DNA from: Nitrospirota bacterium
GTDB taxonomy: Bacteria > Nitrospirota > UBA9217
Direction of reading: 5' to 3'
Length of the DNA stretch: 64,000 nucleotides
Assembly: GCA_963737155.1 (NCBI GenBank)
Contig: CAVTRN010000001.1
Location: 992,001 to 1,056,000 of the forward strand
The position numbers were made by a program, and so were the translations under genes. Of the stretch, positions 18,219 to 28,223 are shown one piece after another. The notes under the pieces were generated by a model that did no database searches, was not told where the DNA came from, and saw nothing but the letters and a program-made list of their open reading frames with translations. The stretch's first letter is position 1. Each line of letters starts with the position of its first letter.

Positions 18219-20192
18219 GTGAAAAAAATAACACCGCTTCTGCTCCTGATGGGGCTTGTGTGTGTGCCGGCGTCCTATGCCGGAAACAGAATGGTGTTTG
18301 CACAGGCAACCTCTGGTACAGAAACGGCCGCTCCGGTAATAACAGGGCCGACGGAAACGGCCGCTCCGATAATAACAGGGCCGACGGAAACGGCCGCTCC
18401 GGTAACAACAAGACCGACACTGACGGCCGCTCCGGCTGCAGCCTCGTCCCCTTCTGAGCAGGCCGCTTCCAAGAAGGTCAGGGCCAGCGACGATTATGTA
18501 ACCCTCAATTTTACGAATATTGATATCAGCGCCCTCGTGAAGGTTATGAGCGAACTGTTGCGCCGTAACTTTCTCCTCGACGACCGCGTGACCGGCAAGG
18601 TCACCATCATGACACCCATGAAGATCTCGCCGGATGAAGCATACCAGGTATTTCTCTCGGCGCTTGAGATCAGGGGATTTGCCGCTGTTGATGAGGACGG
18701 CATGGTCACTCGCATCATACCCTTGGCCACTGCTCGCCAGAGCGGGCTTAAAGTCCTTGAGAACGGGAACACCTACGGTGAAGGTTTTGTTACGGAACTG
18801 ATCCGATTAAACTTCATCAACCCCCAGGAAATCGTCCGCACGATTACTCCCCTTATCTCAAAAGACGGGTCCGTCATCGCATATACCCCGACCAGTTCGA
18901 TCATTCTCACCGATTCTATGTCCAATATCAGAAAGATCGACAGCCTGGTTCATGCGATGGATGTGGCCGCGCCGGAAGGCAAGGGGAAAATCAATGTTTA
19001 TTACCTTAAAAACGCAAATGCCGAGGACACCGCCAAACTGATGCAGGCCCTTGTCGCGCATTTGCCTGTGCCTCCTCCTCCCGGATCGCCGCAGGCTGCC
19101 GCCAGCCCCGCCACGATGCTCGAGGGGGCCGTCACCATCGCCGCTGACAAATCCACCAATTCCCTTATCATCGTCGGCACGCCGACCGATTTTAATACCA
19201 TGAAGGACGTGATCCAGAAACTCGACATCAGACGCCGCCAGGTCTTTGTCGAGGTCGCGATCATCGAAATGAGCCTGACGAAGGTGCGCAGTCTTGGGTT
19301 CGAGTTTCAGGATGCGAACCGTAACAATCTTTCAAGCAGCAACAGTCTAGGTGTGATAGGCGGGACGAACTTCGGCAATATCGGGCCCGCCATCGTGAGC
19401 GGACCGTCCGCCCTGGCGGCGTTGAGTGGCCTTGCCGTCGGAGCCGTCAAGGGCACGTTTACCTATAACGGCGTGACGTACCTGGATGTCGGCGCACTCA
19501 TCACTGCGCTCCAGACCGACAGTGACGTGAACGTGCTTTCGACACCGAACATCCTCACTATGGACAACCAGAAAGCCGAGATCATGGTGGGCGAGAACGT
19601 TCCTTTTATTACGGGTTCGACGCAGAATGCGACGACCGGCAGCACGGCCGTGTTCAACACGATCACACGGCAGGACGTAGGAATCAAGCTGACGTTGACG
19701 CCGCAGATTTCCTCCGAAGACAGCGTCCGGCTCGAAGTCAATCAGGAAATCTCAGATGTGATCGCGACCACCACGGCGAACCCCGCGGGTCCGACAACCG
19801 ACAAACGTTCGGCGAGTACCACGGTTGTCGTCAAGGATCGCCAGACTATGGTCATCGGCGGACTGATCACCGACAACGTTACTACATCCACGTCGAAAGT
19901 GCCGCTCCTCGGCGATATCCCCCTCTTGGGCTGGCTTTTCAAGTCGTCACAAACCAATGTAGAAAAAGATGACCTTATGATCTTCATCACGCCATACATC
20001 ATCACGAATGAGGGTGAGGCACGTGAACTTACGAAACAGAGGAGCGGATCTCTGGAGCATTTCCGCACGAAATACCGCATCGAAAAAAAGGAGGAGCCGC
20101 AGGCCAATCCAGCGCAAGAGCTGAAAACCGAGTCTACATCCACAACCCAGCCCCCGTCAGGCGCCGTGACTCCGAAGGAAGATGCGCGATGA
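18219..20192 (+). CDS. gspD: Type II secretion secretin
   Basis: N0 (VTLNFTNIDI), N domains, QVFVEVAIIE, KVPLLGDIPLLGWLF. Confidence 0.95.
   Translation: MKKITPLLLLMGLVCVPASYAGNRMVFAQATSGTETAAPVITGPTETAAPIITGPTETAAPVTTRPTLTAAPAAASSPSEQAASKKVRASDDYVTLNFTNIDISALVKVMSELLRRNFLLDDRVTGKVTIMTPMKISPDEAYQVFLSALEIRGFAAVDEDGMVTRIIPLATARQSGLKVLENGNTYGEGFVTELIRLNFINPQEIVRTITPLISKDGSVIAYTPTSSIILTDSMSNIRKIDSLVHAMDVAAPEGKGKINVYYLKNANAEDTAKLMQALVAHLPVPPPPGSPQAAASPATMLEGAVTIAADKSTNSLIIVGTPTDFNTMKDVIQKLDIRRRQVFVEVAIIEMSLTKVRSLGFEFQDANRNNLSSSNSLGVIGGTNFGNIGPAIVSGPSALAALSGLAVGAVKGTFTYNGVTYLDVGALITALQTDSDVNVLSTPNILTMDNQKAEIMVGENVPFITGSTQNATTGSTAVFNTITRQDVGIKLTLTPQISSEDSVRLEVNQEISDVIATTTANPAGPTTDKRSASTTVVVKDRQTMVIGGLITDNVTTSTSKVPLLGDIPLLGWLFKSSQTNVEKDDLMIFITPYIITNEGEARELTKQRSGSLEHFRTKYRIEKKEEPQANPAQELKTESTSTTQPPSGAVTPKEDAR
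18318..18434 (+). repeat. 3.5 copies of a 33-bp in-frame tandem repeat (TETAAPVITGP) in the gspD N-terminus
   Basis: ACRGAAACGGCCGCTCCGRTAAYAACA... units at 18318, 18351, 18384, partial at 18417. Confidence 0.95.
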
Positions 20193-21874
20193 AACCTCTG
20201 CTCGGCGAGATCCTTGTTGAGGCCGGGCTTTCACCGGAGAGGCTGAAGAAGGCGCTTGACCTCCAGAAGAAAAGGGGTGGCCGGATCGGCACCCTCCTGA
20301 TTCGCCTCAGCTTCTCGACTGAGGAGGACGTCCTGAAGGCCCTCGGCGTTCAACTGAACCTGCCGTTCCAGGCCGAGCTCGGAGACATCGACCGGGAACT
20401 GGCGCTCAAGCTGCCGATTACCTATGCTAAGAAGGCCGTGGTCATTCCGCTCCGGCGTGACAACGGAGCCGTCTTTGCGGCCACTTCGGAACCCCTCAAC
20501 CTTTCGACGATCGATGACCTCTCGGCTCTCCTGGGAGCAGACATCTCACTCTGCCTTGCGCCTTCCGATAGTATCCTGGATGCCATCAACCGTATCTACA
20601 GCGAGGACATGAACCGCGCCGAGGACACGGCCCAGGAGATGGAAGAGGAAGACCTGTCGTTCCTTGCTGCGGAACTCGACGAGCCCACGGACCTGCTTGA
20701 GGCCACCGATGACGCGCCGATCATCCGCCTGGTGAACTCCCTCCTGTCTCAGGCCATCCGCGAGCGGGCAAGCGATATTCACATCGAGCCCTTTGAAAAG
20801 GAAATGATCGCACGGTTCCGGATAGACGGGATCCTGTACAATATTCTCACGATCCAGAAGCGTTTCCAGGCCAGCGTCGCGTCGCGCGTCAAGATCATGT
20901 CGGGCTTGAACATCGCTGAGAAGCGTCTTCCGCAGGATGGCGGAATGCGCATCAAGATAGGCGGAAAGGACGTCGATATCCGCGTATCCATAGTGCCCAC
21001 CGCTTTCGGCGAGCGAATCGTGCTGCGGCTCCTGTACCGCGAAAGCGCCCTCCTACCGCTTGACCAGATCGGGTTTACGGGAGACACGCTGACCCGATTT
21101 AACGAATTCATCGAGCGTCCCCATGGAATCATCCTGGTGACGGGCCCGACAGGCAGCGGGAAAACCACAACACTTTACGCGGCGCTCTCGAAGATCAATT
21201 CGCCGGATAAGAACATTATCACGATCGAAGACCCAATCGAATATCAGCTGAAGGGCATCGGCCAGATTCAGGTGAACGCCAAGATACAACTGACTTTTGC
21301 AGCCGGGCTTCGCTCCGTTCTCCGACAGGATCCGGATGTGATTCTTGTGGGAGAAATCCGCGATGGAGAGACTGCCGAGATCGCGATCCAGGCGGCGCTT
21401 ACGGGCCACCTCGTATTCTCAACGCTACATACCAACGACGCTGCCGGCGCCGTGACGCGATTGCTCGACATGAAGATCGAACCGTTCCTCATCTCGTCAT
21501 CGGTCATTGGGATCCTCGCCCAACGGCTTGTGCGCGTGCTCTGCAAAGTGTGCCGGGAGCCGTATCGGATTACGCCCGCCGAGATAGCGGAGCTTGAGCT
21601 GAAAGCTGGCGCAGAGGGAGCAACCGTGTACCGGGCAAAGGGCTGCGGGGCCTGCTTTAACACAGGCTACCTCGGCAGGAGCGCGATTTACGAACTAATG
21701 AACGTTGACGACGAAATCCGACAGCTCATCATGAAAGATACCGATGCCGCCACGATGAAAGTCATGGCCATGGAAAGAGGCATGCGCACCCTCCGTCAGG
21801 ACGGCGCCGCGCGCGTGCTGGACGGCATTACGTCCATCGATGAAGTGGTGAGGGTGACGCAGAAAGAAGCATAG
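20189..21874 (+). CDS. gspE: Type II secretion ATPase
   Basis: ASDIHIEP, GPTGSGKT, LRQDPD, CxxC...CxxC. Confidence 0.96.
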   Translation: MKPLLGEILVEAGLSPERLKKALDLQKKRGGRIGTLLIRLSFSTEEDVLKALGVQLNLPFQAELGDIDRELALKLPITYAKKAVVIPLRRDNGAVFAATSEPLNLSTIDDLSALLGADISLCLAPSDSILDAINRIYSEDMNRAEDTAQEMEEEDLSFLAAELDEPTDLLEATDDAPIIRLVNSLLSQAIRERASDIHIEPFEKEMIARFRIDGILYNILTIQKRFQASVASRVKIMSGLNIAEKRLPQDGGMRIKIGGKDVDIRVSIVPTAFGERIVLRLLYRESALLPLDQIGFTGDTLTRFNEFIERPHGIILVTGPTGSGKTTTLYAALSKINSPDKNIITIEDPIEYQLKGIGQIQVNAKIQLTFAAGLRSVLRQDPDVILVGEIRDGETAEIAIQAALTGHLVFSTLHTNDAAGAVTRLLDMKIEPFLISSSVIGILAQRLVRVLCKVCREPYRITPAEIAELELKAGAEGATVYRAKGCGACFNTGYLGRSAIYELMNVDDEIRQLIMKDTDAATMKVMAMERGMRTLRQDGAARVLDGITSIDEVVRVTQKEA

Positions 21875-21942
21875 TTTTGAGTTCAGGGTAGGAAGGGTCA
21901 TTCTATAGTTTGCACCATGAACTCTGAACTGGTATTGTACTC

Positions 21943-23163
21943 ATGCCTGTATTCGAATATAAAGGTGTTACCGCGAAGGGGAAAAAGGTATCCGGTGTCC
22001 AGGACGGCGAGAGCCTGAAGATTGTCAGGGGCAGGCTGAAAAAGGAAGGCGTCGTCGTTCTCGACATACGCGAAGGCGCATCGCTCCGGTCCGCTCGACG
22101 AGGGACGACGTCCCTCACCTTTGCAAGGCGGGTGAAGCTGACCGACCTCGCGAATGCCACGCGCCAACTGGCCACGCTCCTTTCGGCCGGTTTGCCTCTC
22201 ATGGAATCGCTGGCAGTACTCGTGGACCAGGAGGAAAACGATGGCCTCAAGGGGGCCCTGTCGACGGTGCGCGACGCGGTGCGCGAGGGCGCCTCGCTGG
22301 CTGACGCGCTCAAGGAAAACCCCAAGGTCTTTTCACAGCTCTACATGAACATGGTCTCTGCCGGCGAAGCGAGCGGGACACTGGAAATCACCTTGGAACG
22401 GCTCGCGGACTTTCTGGACGAACAAGTCAGGTTTCGCGGCAGACTTTCGGCAGCCCTTGCCTACCCCGCGTTCATGACCGTCATTGGTATCAGCATGCTT
22501 TTCTTCATCTTCAGCTTCGTCATGCCCCGCGTGGTGGGAATGTTCGAGGACATGAAGCAGCAGCTCCCGCTCATGACAGTGATTCTTCTGGCAACGGTGC
22601 GGTTTCTCTCCTCATACTGGTGGGCGATCCTCCTCGCCATCGGGGGGGCAGCCTATTATATCAGGCGGTATCTGAGTACATCGGTGGGAAAGGAAACATT
22701 CGATGCCCGGATCCTCAAACTGCCGGTTTTCGGCACCCTGATCCGGATGATCGCCGTGTCGCGATTCACGCGCACGCTTGGAACGCTGCTCCAGAGCGGA
22801 GTGCCTACACTTGCGGCGCTGGACATCGTGAAGAGCGTCGTGGGAAATACGGTGCTGGCTAACGCGATCCAGCAGGCGCGGGAGAATGTGCGGGAAGGCG
22901 AACCCATTGCCGATCCTCTCCGCAGGAGCGGCCTCTTCCCGCCGGTGGTCGTGCAGATGGTCGCCGTGGGTGAGAAGAGCGGAGAGCTGGAGAAGATGCT
23001 GCTCAAAATCTCCGATTCCTTTGACCAGACTATCGATACACGCATCACGGGGCTGATGGCGCTTTTAGAGCCGGTCATCATCTTGGCCATGGGGCTGACC
23101 ATTGGGTTTATCGTCATTGCCATCATGCTGCCTATGCTTCAGATGAGCTCGGGTGTGCAGTGA
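21943..23163 (+). CDS. gspF: Type II secretion inner-membrane platform protein
   Basis: TRQLATLL, AGEASG, GEKSGEL, LEPVII. Confidence 0.95.
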   Translation: MPVFEYKGVTAKGKKVSGVQDGESLKIVRGRLKKEGVVVLDIREGASLRSARRGTTSLTFARRVKLTDLANATRQLATLLSAGLPLMESLAVLVDQEENDGLKGALSTVRDAVREGASLADALKENPKVFSQLYMNMVSAGEASGTLEITLERLADFLDEQVRFRGRLSAALAYPAFMTVIGISMLFFIFSFVMPRVVGMFEDMKQQLPLMTVILLATVRFLSSYWWAILLAIGGAAYYIRRYLSTSVGKETFDARILKLPVFGTLIRMIAVSRFTRTLGTLLQSGVPTLAALDIVKSVVGNTVLANAIQQARENVREGEPIADPLRRSGLFPPVVVQMVAVGEKSGELEKMLLKISDSFDQTIDTRITGLMALLEPVIILAMGLTIGFIVIAIMLPMLQMSSGVQ

Positions 23164-23236
23164 GAAAAACAGGTCGAGGTTCAAGTAGCAAGCAGTAAAT
23201 GAAAAGATTAACTCTTGGATATAAAGGAGTGTTCCA

Positions 23237-23677
23237 ATGAATAGGAAGAAGCAAAGGGGTTTTACTCTTATCGAAATCATGGTGGTGGTCATCATCCTAG
23301 GCCTGCTCGCGGCGCTGGTACTCCCAAAGTTCCTAGGACAGGAAGAAAAGGCGAAAATCCAGGTTGCCAAGACGCAGATTCGCGCACTTGAGGGTGGGCT
23401 GGATGCTTTTAAGCTCGACAATGGTTTCTATCCTACCACGGACCAGGGATTGGATGCGCTGATCACAAAGCCCATAGTAGGACAGATTCCCAACAACTGG
23501 AGAGACGGTGGCTATCTCCAGCCCGCCCGCATCCCGAAGGACCCCTGGGGACATGATTATGTCTATGTTTCTCCGGGAAGTGAAGGAAGGGAATACGAGA
23601 TTACCTCCTACGGCGCTGACGGCGAGCCTGGTGGTGAGGGCAACAACGCCGATATCAACAGCTGGAATTTGCAGTAA
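23237..23677 (+). CDS. gspG: Major pseudopilin
   Basis: G/FTLIE cleavage site, YPTTDQGL, DPWG, YGADG. Confidence 0.95.
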   Translation: MNRKKQRGFTLIEIMVVVIILGLLAALVLPKFLGQEEKAKIQVAKTQIRALEGGLDAFKLDNGFYPTTDQGLDALITKPIVGQIPNNWRDGGYLQPARIPKDPWGHDYVYVSPGSEGREYEITSYGADGEPGGEGNNADINSWNLQ

Positions 23678-23706
23678 CCATTATGCCTCAAGGGGCAAGT
23701 GAAATT

Positions 23707-24279
23707 ATGCGGAAACATAATTCCGCGAAGGGCTTTACGCTTATCGAGCTAATGATCATTATTGCACTCCTCGGCGTCATGCTTACGCTGATTATCCCCC
23801 GGCTCGGCGAGATCGGCGAAGCGAACCTGAAGCGGAGTGCTAGACATTTGACTGGTACGATCCGCTACCTGCGCGATGAATCGCAGGCGCGGAAGGAAGT
23901 TTATCGACTTTGCTTTGATGTGCAGGGCGGGCGTTTCTGGACCGAGGTGATGAAGCTATCGACAGATCAGACGGAGTCCGTGGAGTTCACGCGTTTCCAA
24001 TCAGAAGTTGGAACAGAGGGGAGTTTGGCTGGCCAGACAACTTTCCGCGATGTTCAGGTTGCCGGACATCCCGACGATCCGTACATCCAATTCACGCCGG
24101 ACGGGTGGGTGGAGAATGCGGCCATTCATCTGCGGGATGGAGATGAAAGGGATTTTACCCTTTTTGTAAACCCGCTCATGGGCAGCACAGAACTCCGCGA
24201 CGGGTATTTGGAGAATCAGGAAGAGAACAAGGAAATTAGTCTTTTGAGTCTTACGAGTCGATGGAGTCTGAGGATTTGA
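23707..24279 (+). CDS. gspH: Minor pseudopilin H
   Basis: G/FTLIE, FTPDG, operon position. Confidence 0.85.
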   Translation: MRKHNSAKGFTLIELMIIIALLGVMLTLIIPRLGEIGEANLKRSARHLTGTIRYLRDESQARKEVYRLCFDVQGGRFWTEVMKLSTDQTESVEFTRFQSEVGTEGSLAGQTTFRDVQVAGHPDDPYIQFTPDGWVENAAIHLRDGDERDFTLFVNPLMGSTELRDGYLENQEENKEISLLSLTSRWSLRI

Positions 24280-24659
24280 GAATTGATGAAGCAAGACAAC
24301 CCCTGAACCCAAAGGGGTTTACTCTCCTTGAAGTCATGGTCGCCGTGGCGATCATGGCAATGGTTCTCGTCACGCTTCTGGGACTCAAGAACAGCAGTAT
24401 GAAGGATGTCTTGCTGGCGAAGCATATCACGATAGCGACCATGCTTGCGAAGCGTATGATGGTGGAGAATACCGCGGCGGAGCCGGGTCTGTCTCCGGAG
24501 GACGAAGGCACGTTTCCCGAGGAGGAGTATAAAGACTATACCTGGAAAAAGACGTTAGTTCCCACACCCCTGCCCCAAATCATGGAAATGCATGTCGCTG
24601 TACTCTGGAAAGAGGGCACGCTCGATGAGACGGTGGAGATCGTGAGCTACGTTCTATGA
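24261..24659 (+). CDS. gspI: Minor pseudopilin I
   Basis: G/FTLLEVMVA, operon position; exact start uncertain. Confidence 0.85.
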   Translation: MESEDLRIDEARQPLNPKGFTLLEVMVAVAIMAMVLVTLLGLKNSSMKDVLLAKHITIATMLAKRMMVENTAAEPGLSPEDEGTFPEEEYKDYTWKKTLVPTPLPQIMEMHVAVLWKEGTLDETVEIVSYVL

Positions 24660-25393
24660 GTAACGCCGGGTCGGGAGAGGGCAAGGTTCAGGGGCCAGGA
24701 GGTGCGGAGGCTCCAAAATCGCCGGGATTCACCCTGCTTGAAGTGCTCATCGCCGTGACGATCATGGCACTGCTCGTTACGGTGATTTATACGAGCTTTT
24801 TTACGTCCGGCCGCAACGTGGAACAGGCCGAGGCGATTCGGAACGAGACGGATCTTGCCCGCACGCTGTTGGCGAAAATCTCCAGCGACATATCTGATGC
24901 CTATTTTAATTCGAGTATGAACGTGCCCGTAGTCACTACCATTTTTTACGGCGAGCAGGTGATATCTGATACGGCGATATCTAATACGGGACTAGATCAC
25001 AACCAGGCGATATCTGATACGGGACTAGATCATAACAGGTATGATGGCCTCTACCTGACGTCGCTGACGAATTGGCGAAAGCCGGATTCGCAAGAGACGG
25101 ACCTCTGGGAAGTGGGCTATTATTTCAAACAGAAACCGGACGGTTCCGGGTGGATCTTGATGCGGCGGGAAAAGCGGTTATTAAGCAACGATTCACCGGC
25201 GCTTGAAGGCGGGGTTGATTACGAGATGACCGACCGCGTCGCGAGCCTTCGGTTCCGCTATTTCGACGGGGCCTCATGGACTGATGGCGGATGGGACAGC
25301 AGGATTTCACAGAAACTGCCGAACACCGTTGAGATTACGCTGCTGTTCAATGACGGTTCGGTTTACATCACGCAGGTGGACGTTGGACGGTAA
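24656..25393 (+). CDS. gspJ: Minor pseudopilin J
   Basis: G/FTLLEVLIA, FRYFDG..W, LPNTVEI. Confidence 0.87.
   Translation: MSNAGSGEGKVQGPGGAEAPKSPGFTLLEVLIAVTIMALLVTVIYTSFFTSGRNVEQAEAIRNETDLARTLLAKISSDISDAYFNSSMNVPVVTTIFYGEQVISDTAISNTGLDHNQAISDTGLDHNRYDGLYLTSLTNWRKPDSQETDLWEVGYYFKQKPDGSGWILMRREKRLLSNDSPALEGGVDYEMTDRVASLRFRYFDGASWTDGGWDSRISQKLPNTVEITLLFNDGSVYITQVDVGR
24959..25038 (+). repeat. In-frame 33-bp duplication (AISNTGLDHNQ/AISDTGLDHNR) plus a partial copy inside gspJ
   Basis: Units start at 24973 and 25006. Confidence 0.9.
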
Positions 25394-25439
25394 TAAAGTG
25401 CGGAGTGCGGAGCCAGAAGTCCAGCATATATATCGGAAG

Positions 25440-26291
25440 GTGCCTAACGAGCGCGGCGTCGCTTTGATCATCGTACTCTTGGTGACTGCCCTTCTGATCG
25501 CTCTTATTTTTGAATTTGCCTACGGTACGAGAATAAGCCTTCGTGCGGCCATCAATTATCGCGACAGCCAGCGCGCCTATTACTTGGCGCGATCAGGCGT
25601 GAACTTCGCGGGGGAATATCTTGCCTACAACCTTCTGAAGGATCCAGAGACCGGAGTAACTCATGAATATGACAACCTTGAAGAACGGGACTGGCAGACG
25701 GTCCCGTATATTCCGGGAAACGATACGCAACTTCGAATGCGGTGGGAGGATGAGTCCGGTAAGATCAATATTAGCAATGCGACAAAGGGAAGCGATGCTT
25801 ACAATCGGCTGGTAATTCTCTTCTCCAATCTCGGGATCGGTCAAGATATCCTCGACCAGATAAGCGAATGGATGATTGCAGAAAAGAGAAGCTTTTATCT
25901 TCTCTCGGAGCTTCACCAGTTCTTGAACGACAATGAATTCCGAAAGTTGCAGGATTATGTGACTGTTCTCCCTCCTTCAGCGACGCCGGGGAACAAGATC
26001 GATGTCAACACCGCGCCAGCCGCCGTACTCCAGAGCCTCGGTATGAGTACAAATGCGGCTGAATCGATTGTGGCGCAGAGAAGTGAGCAGCCTTTCAAAC
26101 CGACCGACGATCTCTCTCCCTTCATCGGTCAAAATAGCGCGGCAATAGCGGGCCAACTGTGCTTTACGAGCAACGTGTTCAGCGTAAATGCATACGCCAC
26201 CGTAGGTGGATACACAAAACAGGTCGATGCCATCATAACACGAGCAAGCGACGGTTCGGGATTTACGATACTTTACTGGAGAGCTTTGTGA
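25440..26291 (+). CDS. gspK: Minor pseudopilin K
   Basis: ERG/VALIIVL, DESGKINI, IDVNTA; start uncertain (25398 possible). Confidence 0.88.
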   Translation: MPNERGVALIIVLLVTALLIALIFEFAYGTRISLRAAINYRDSQRAYYLARSGVNFAGEYLAYNLLKDPETGVTHEYDNLEERDWQTVPYIPGNDTQLRMRWEDESGKINISNATKGSDAYNRLVILFSNLGIGQDILDQISEWMIAEKRSFYLLSELHQFLNDNEFRKLQDYVTVLPPSATPGNKIDVNTAPAAVLQSLGMSTNAAESIVAQRSEQPFKPTDDLSPFIGQNSAAIAGQLCFTSNVFSVNAYATVGGYTKQVDAIITRASDGSGFTILYWRAL

Positions 26292-27619
26292 AAATTGTGG
26301 GCTTGAAAATCGAAAAGGGAAGGATGGGCGTGTCGGTCATTGACCGGGGCATGCGTCAGACGGAGCTAAAAGACTCCTTCAGCCTTGCTTTTACTTCGGA
26401 CGCCGAACTCGCGGATATCCTGCGAGGGAAATCACCGGACTGGAGCGGTGCGCATATCGTGTCTTCCATCCCCGGCAGCCAGTTCAGCCAGCGGATGGTG
26501 TCACTCCCCTTCGGCGACAGAAAGCGTGTTGAAAAGGCTCTACCGTTCGAGTTGGAGGACAATATCCCCTATGCCCTTGACGACGTTGAAGTCGACCATC
26601 TGGCGCTGGAGCAGGAACAGACAGGAGGCGAGAAGAAGAAAGAGACATCAATCCTCGGCCTTATAATCCCCAAGACCGCGCTGCGGCAGCATCTTGACCT
26701 CCTTGCCTCTGTCGGCGTGGACCCGCAGGTTGTGGTCCCTTCCTACCTTGGACTCTTCAACGTCGCAAAAATGATACCGGTTGAAGGGGTCGCGGTCCTC
26801 GCCGAAGGGAGCGACCTTTGCTTAAAAGTCGGGAATGCGGTTATAGCGTGCAGGAGTTTCTCCCGTTCCCTGGCAACGGGCGGCATCAGGCATACTCTTA
26901 AAGCATTGGAGATTGAGCACCATGTGCAGATTGAAAGAGCATACCTTCTGTCTCCTGACGACGGTCTGTGGGCAAGTTTTGCAGATATAGGACTTGCGGT
27001 GGATGTGGTTGCCCCTGATTTTCGAGGCAAGAAAGCGGAAGATGCGGTCAGCCTGGGTCTGGCACTGAGCGAACAGGTCAATTTCCGCAAAGGCGAGTTC
27101 GGTTACAAACTGGAGGATGTGGGCAAGCGCAAGCGCAAGATCGTGCTCATTGCGGCCGGCATAATCGCAGCTGTTCTTGCCATTGCGAACACGAGCGTAA
27201 AATATTATATGGTGCAGTCCAGTTACGGGAAGCTGGACCGTGAAATAAGGGAGACTTATCGCCAGGCCCTGCCGAATGCGAAAACAGCCGCCGATCCTGT
27301 GCGTCAGCTTCGCATGAGCCTCGACGATGCACGGAAGAAATTCGGTGTCATCGGATCGGGCTCATCGGCTCTCGACGTGATGCTGGCAGTGACCGAAGGT
27401 ATTCCGAAGGAAGTGACGATCAGCTTTCAGGATTTCCTGCTCGAGGGAGACCAGTTGAAACTCGCGGGCGATGCGCCCTCCTTTGAGTCCCTTGATAAGA
27501 TGAAAGCGGAACTTCAGAAAGTCCCGTCCTTTGCCAATGTGCAGGTCCTGGACGCCCGGATGGGTGCGGACAATAAAGTTAAGTTCCGGCTTGAGATCAA
27601 ACTGAAACAGGCAATGTGA
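26288..27619 (+). CDS. gspL: Type II secretion protein L
   Basis: Actin-like cytoplasmic part (LPFELED..P), NFRKGEF, single TM, periplasmic domain; GTG overlaps the gspK stop. Confidence 0.85.
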   Translation: MKIVGLKIEKGRMGVSVIDRGMRQTELKDSFSLAFTSDAELADILRGKSPDWSGAHIVSSIPGSQFSQRMVSLPFGDRKRVEKALPFELEDNIPYALDDVEVDHLALEQEQTGGEKKKETSILGLIIPKTALRQHLDLLASVGVDPQVVVPSYLGLFNVAKMIPVEGVAVLAEGSDLCLKVGNAVIACRSFSRSLATGGIRHTLKALEIEHHVQIERAYLLSPDDGLWASFADIGLAVDVVAPDFRGKKAEDAVSLGLALSEQVNFRKGEFGYKLEDVGKRKRKIVLIAAGIIAAVLAIANTSVKYYMVQSSYGKLDREIRETYRQALPNAKTAADPVRQLRMSLDDARKKFGVIGSGSSALDVMLAVTEGIPKEVTISFQDFLLEGDQLKLAGDAPSFESLDKMKAELQKVPSFANVQVLDARMGADNKVKFRLEIKLKQAM

Positions 27620-27713
27620 GAGGGAGGGGCAAGGGGCAAATAGAAAGGAGTGATCTCCTTGGCCCTGGTTCTCCGCAACTAGCTACTCACCATGGTTCTA
27701 TATGGGGTGACTC

Positions 27714-28214
27714 TTGAAACTTGAAAAACGAGATAAAAAAGTGCTTTTTTTCGGCGGGCTTGTAGCGGTGGCGATCGTGCTCTACGCTCTCGTCCTGTCC
27801 CCGCTTATGTCGGACCTATCACGCAAGCAAGAGCTGATCCCAAAGAAGGAAAAGGACCTCGTGGAAATAAAGGCTCTCAAGGCCCAATATCTTGAAATCC
27901 AACAGCAACTTCAGGCAGCCCAGGCCGCGGCAGCGAAGCGAGGTCCTCTGCTCACGGATATCGAGAACATCACAAAACGGACAAACATGAGCGGCAAAAT
28001 GGTGTCACTAAAGCCACAGCCGGACGTTCAAATAGAGAATTTTAAGGAAAGCATCGTTGAAATCAAGCTCGAGAACACAACTCTTTATGACCTCGTGAAT
28101 TACGTGTATCAGCTCGAAAAGGACACTTTGCGGATCAAGAAGCTTCAGTTCAAACCCCGCTACGACAACCCGAAGCTCCTAAACGCGACAATCCTCGCCG
28201 AAAGCGTTGAATAG
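27714..28214 (+). CDS. gspM: Type II secretion protein M
   Basis: LEKRDK, TM helix, coiled coil, operon position. Confidence 0.82.
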   Translation: MKLEKRDKKVLFFGGLVAVAIVLYALVLSPLMSDLSRKQELIPKKEKDLVEIKALKAQYLEIQQQLQAAQAAAAKRGPLLTDIENITKRTNMSGKMVSLKPQPDVQIENFKESIVEIKLENTTLYDLVNYVYQLEKDTLRIKKLQFKPRYDNPKLLNATILAESVE

Positions 28215-28223
28215 GTTAAAGTC

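Noticed and set aside
18318-18434. 33-bp repeats as a CRISPR array
   Set aside because: Units are contiguous with no unique spacers, in frame within gspD, and no cas genes are present.
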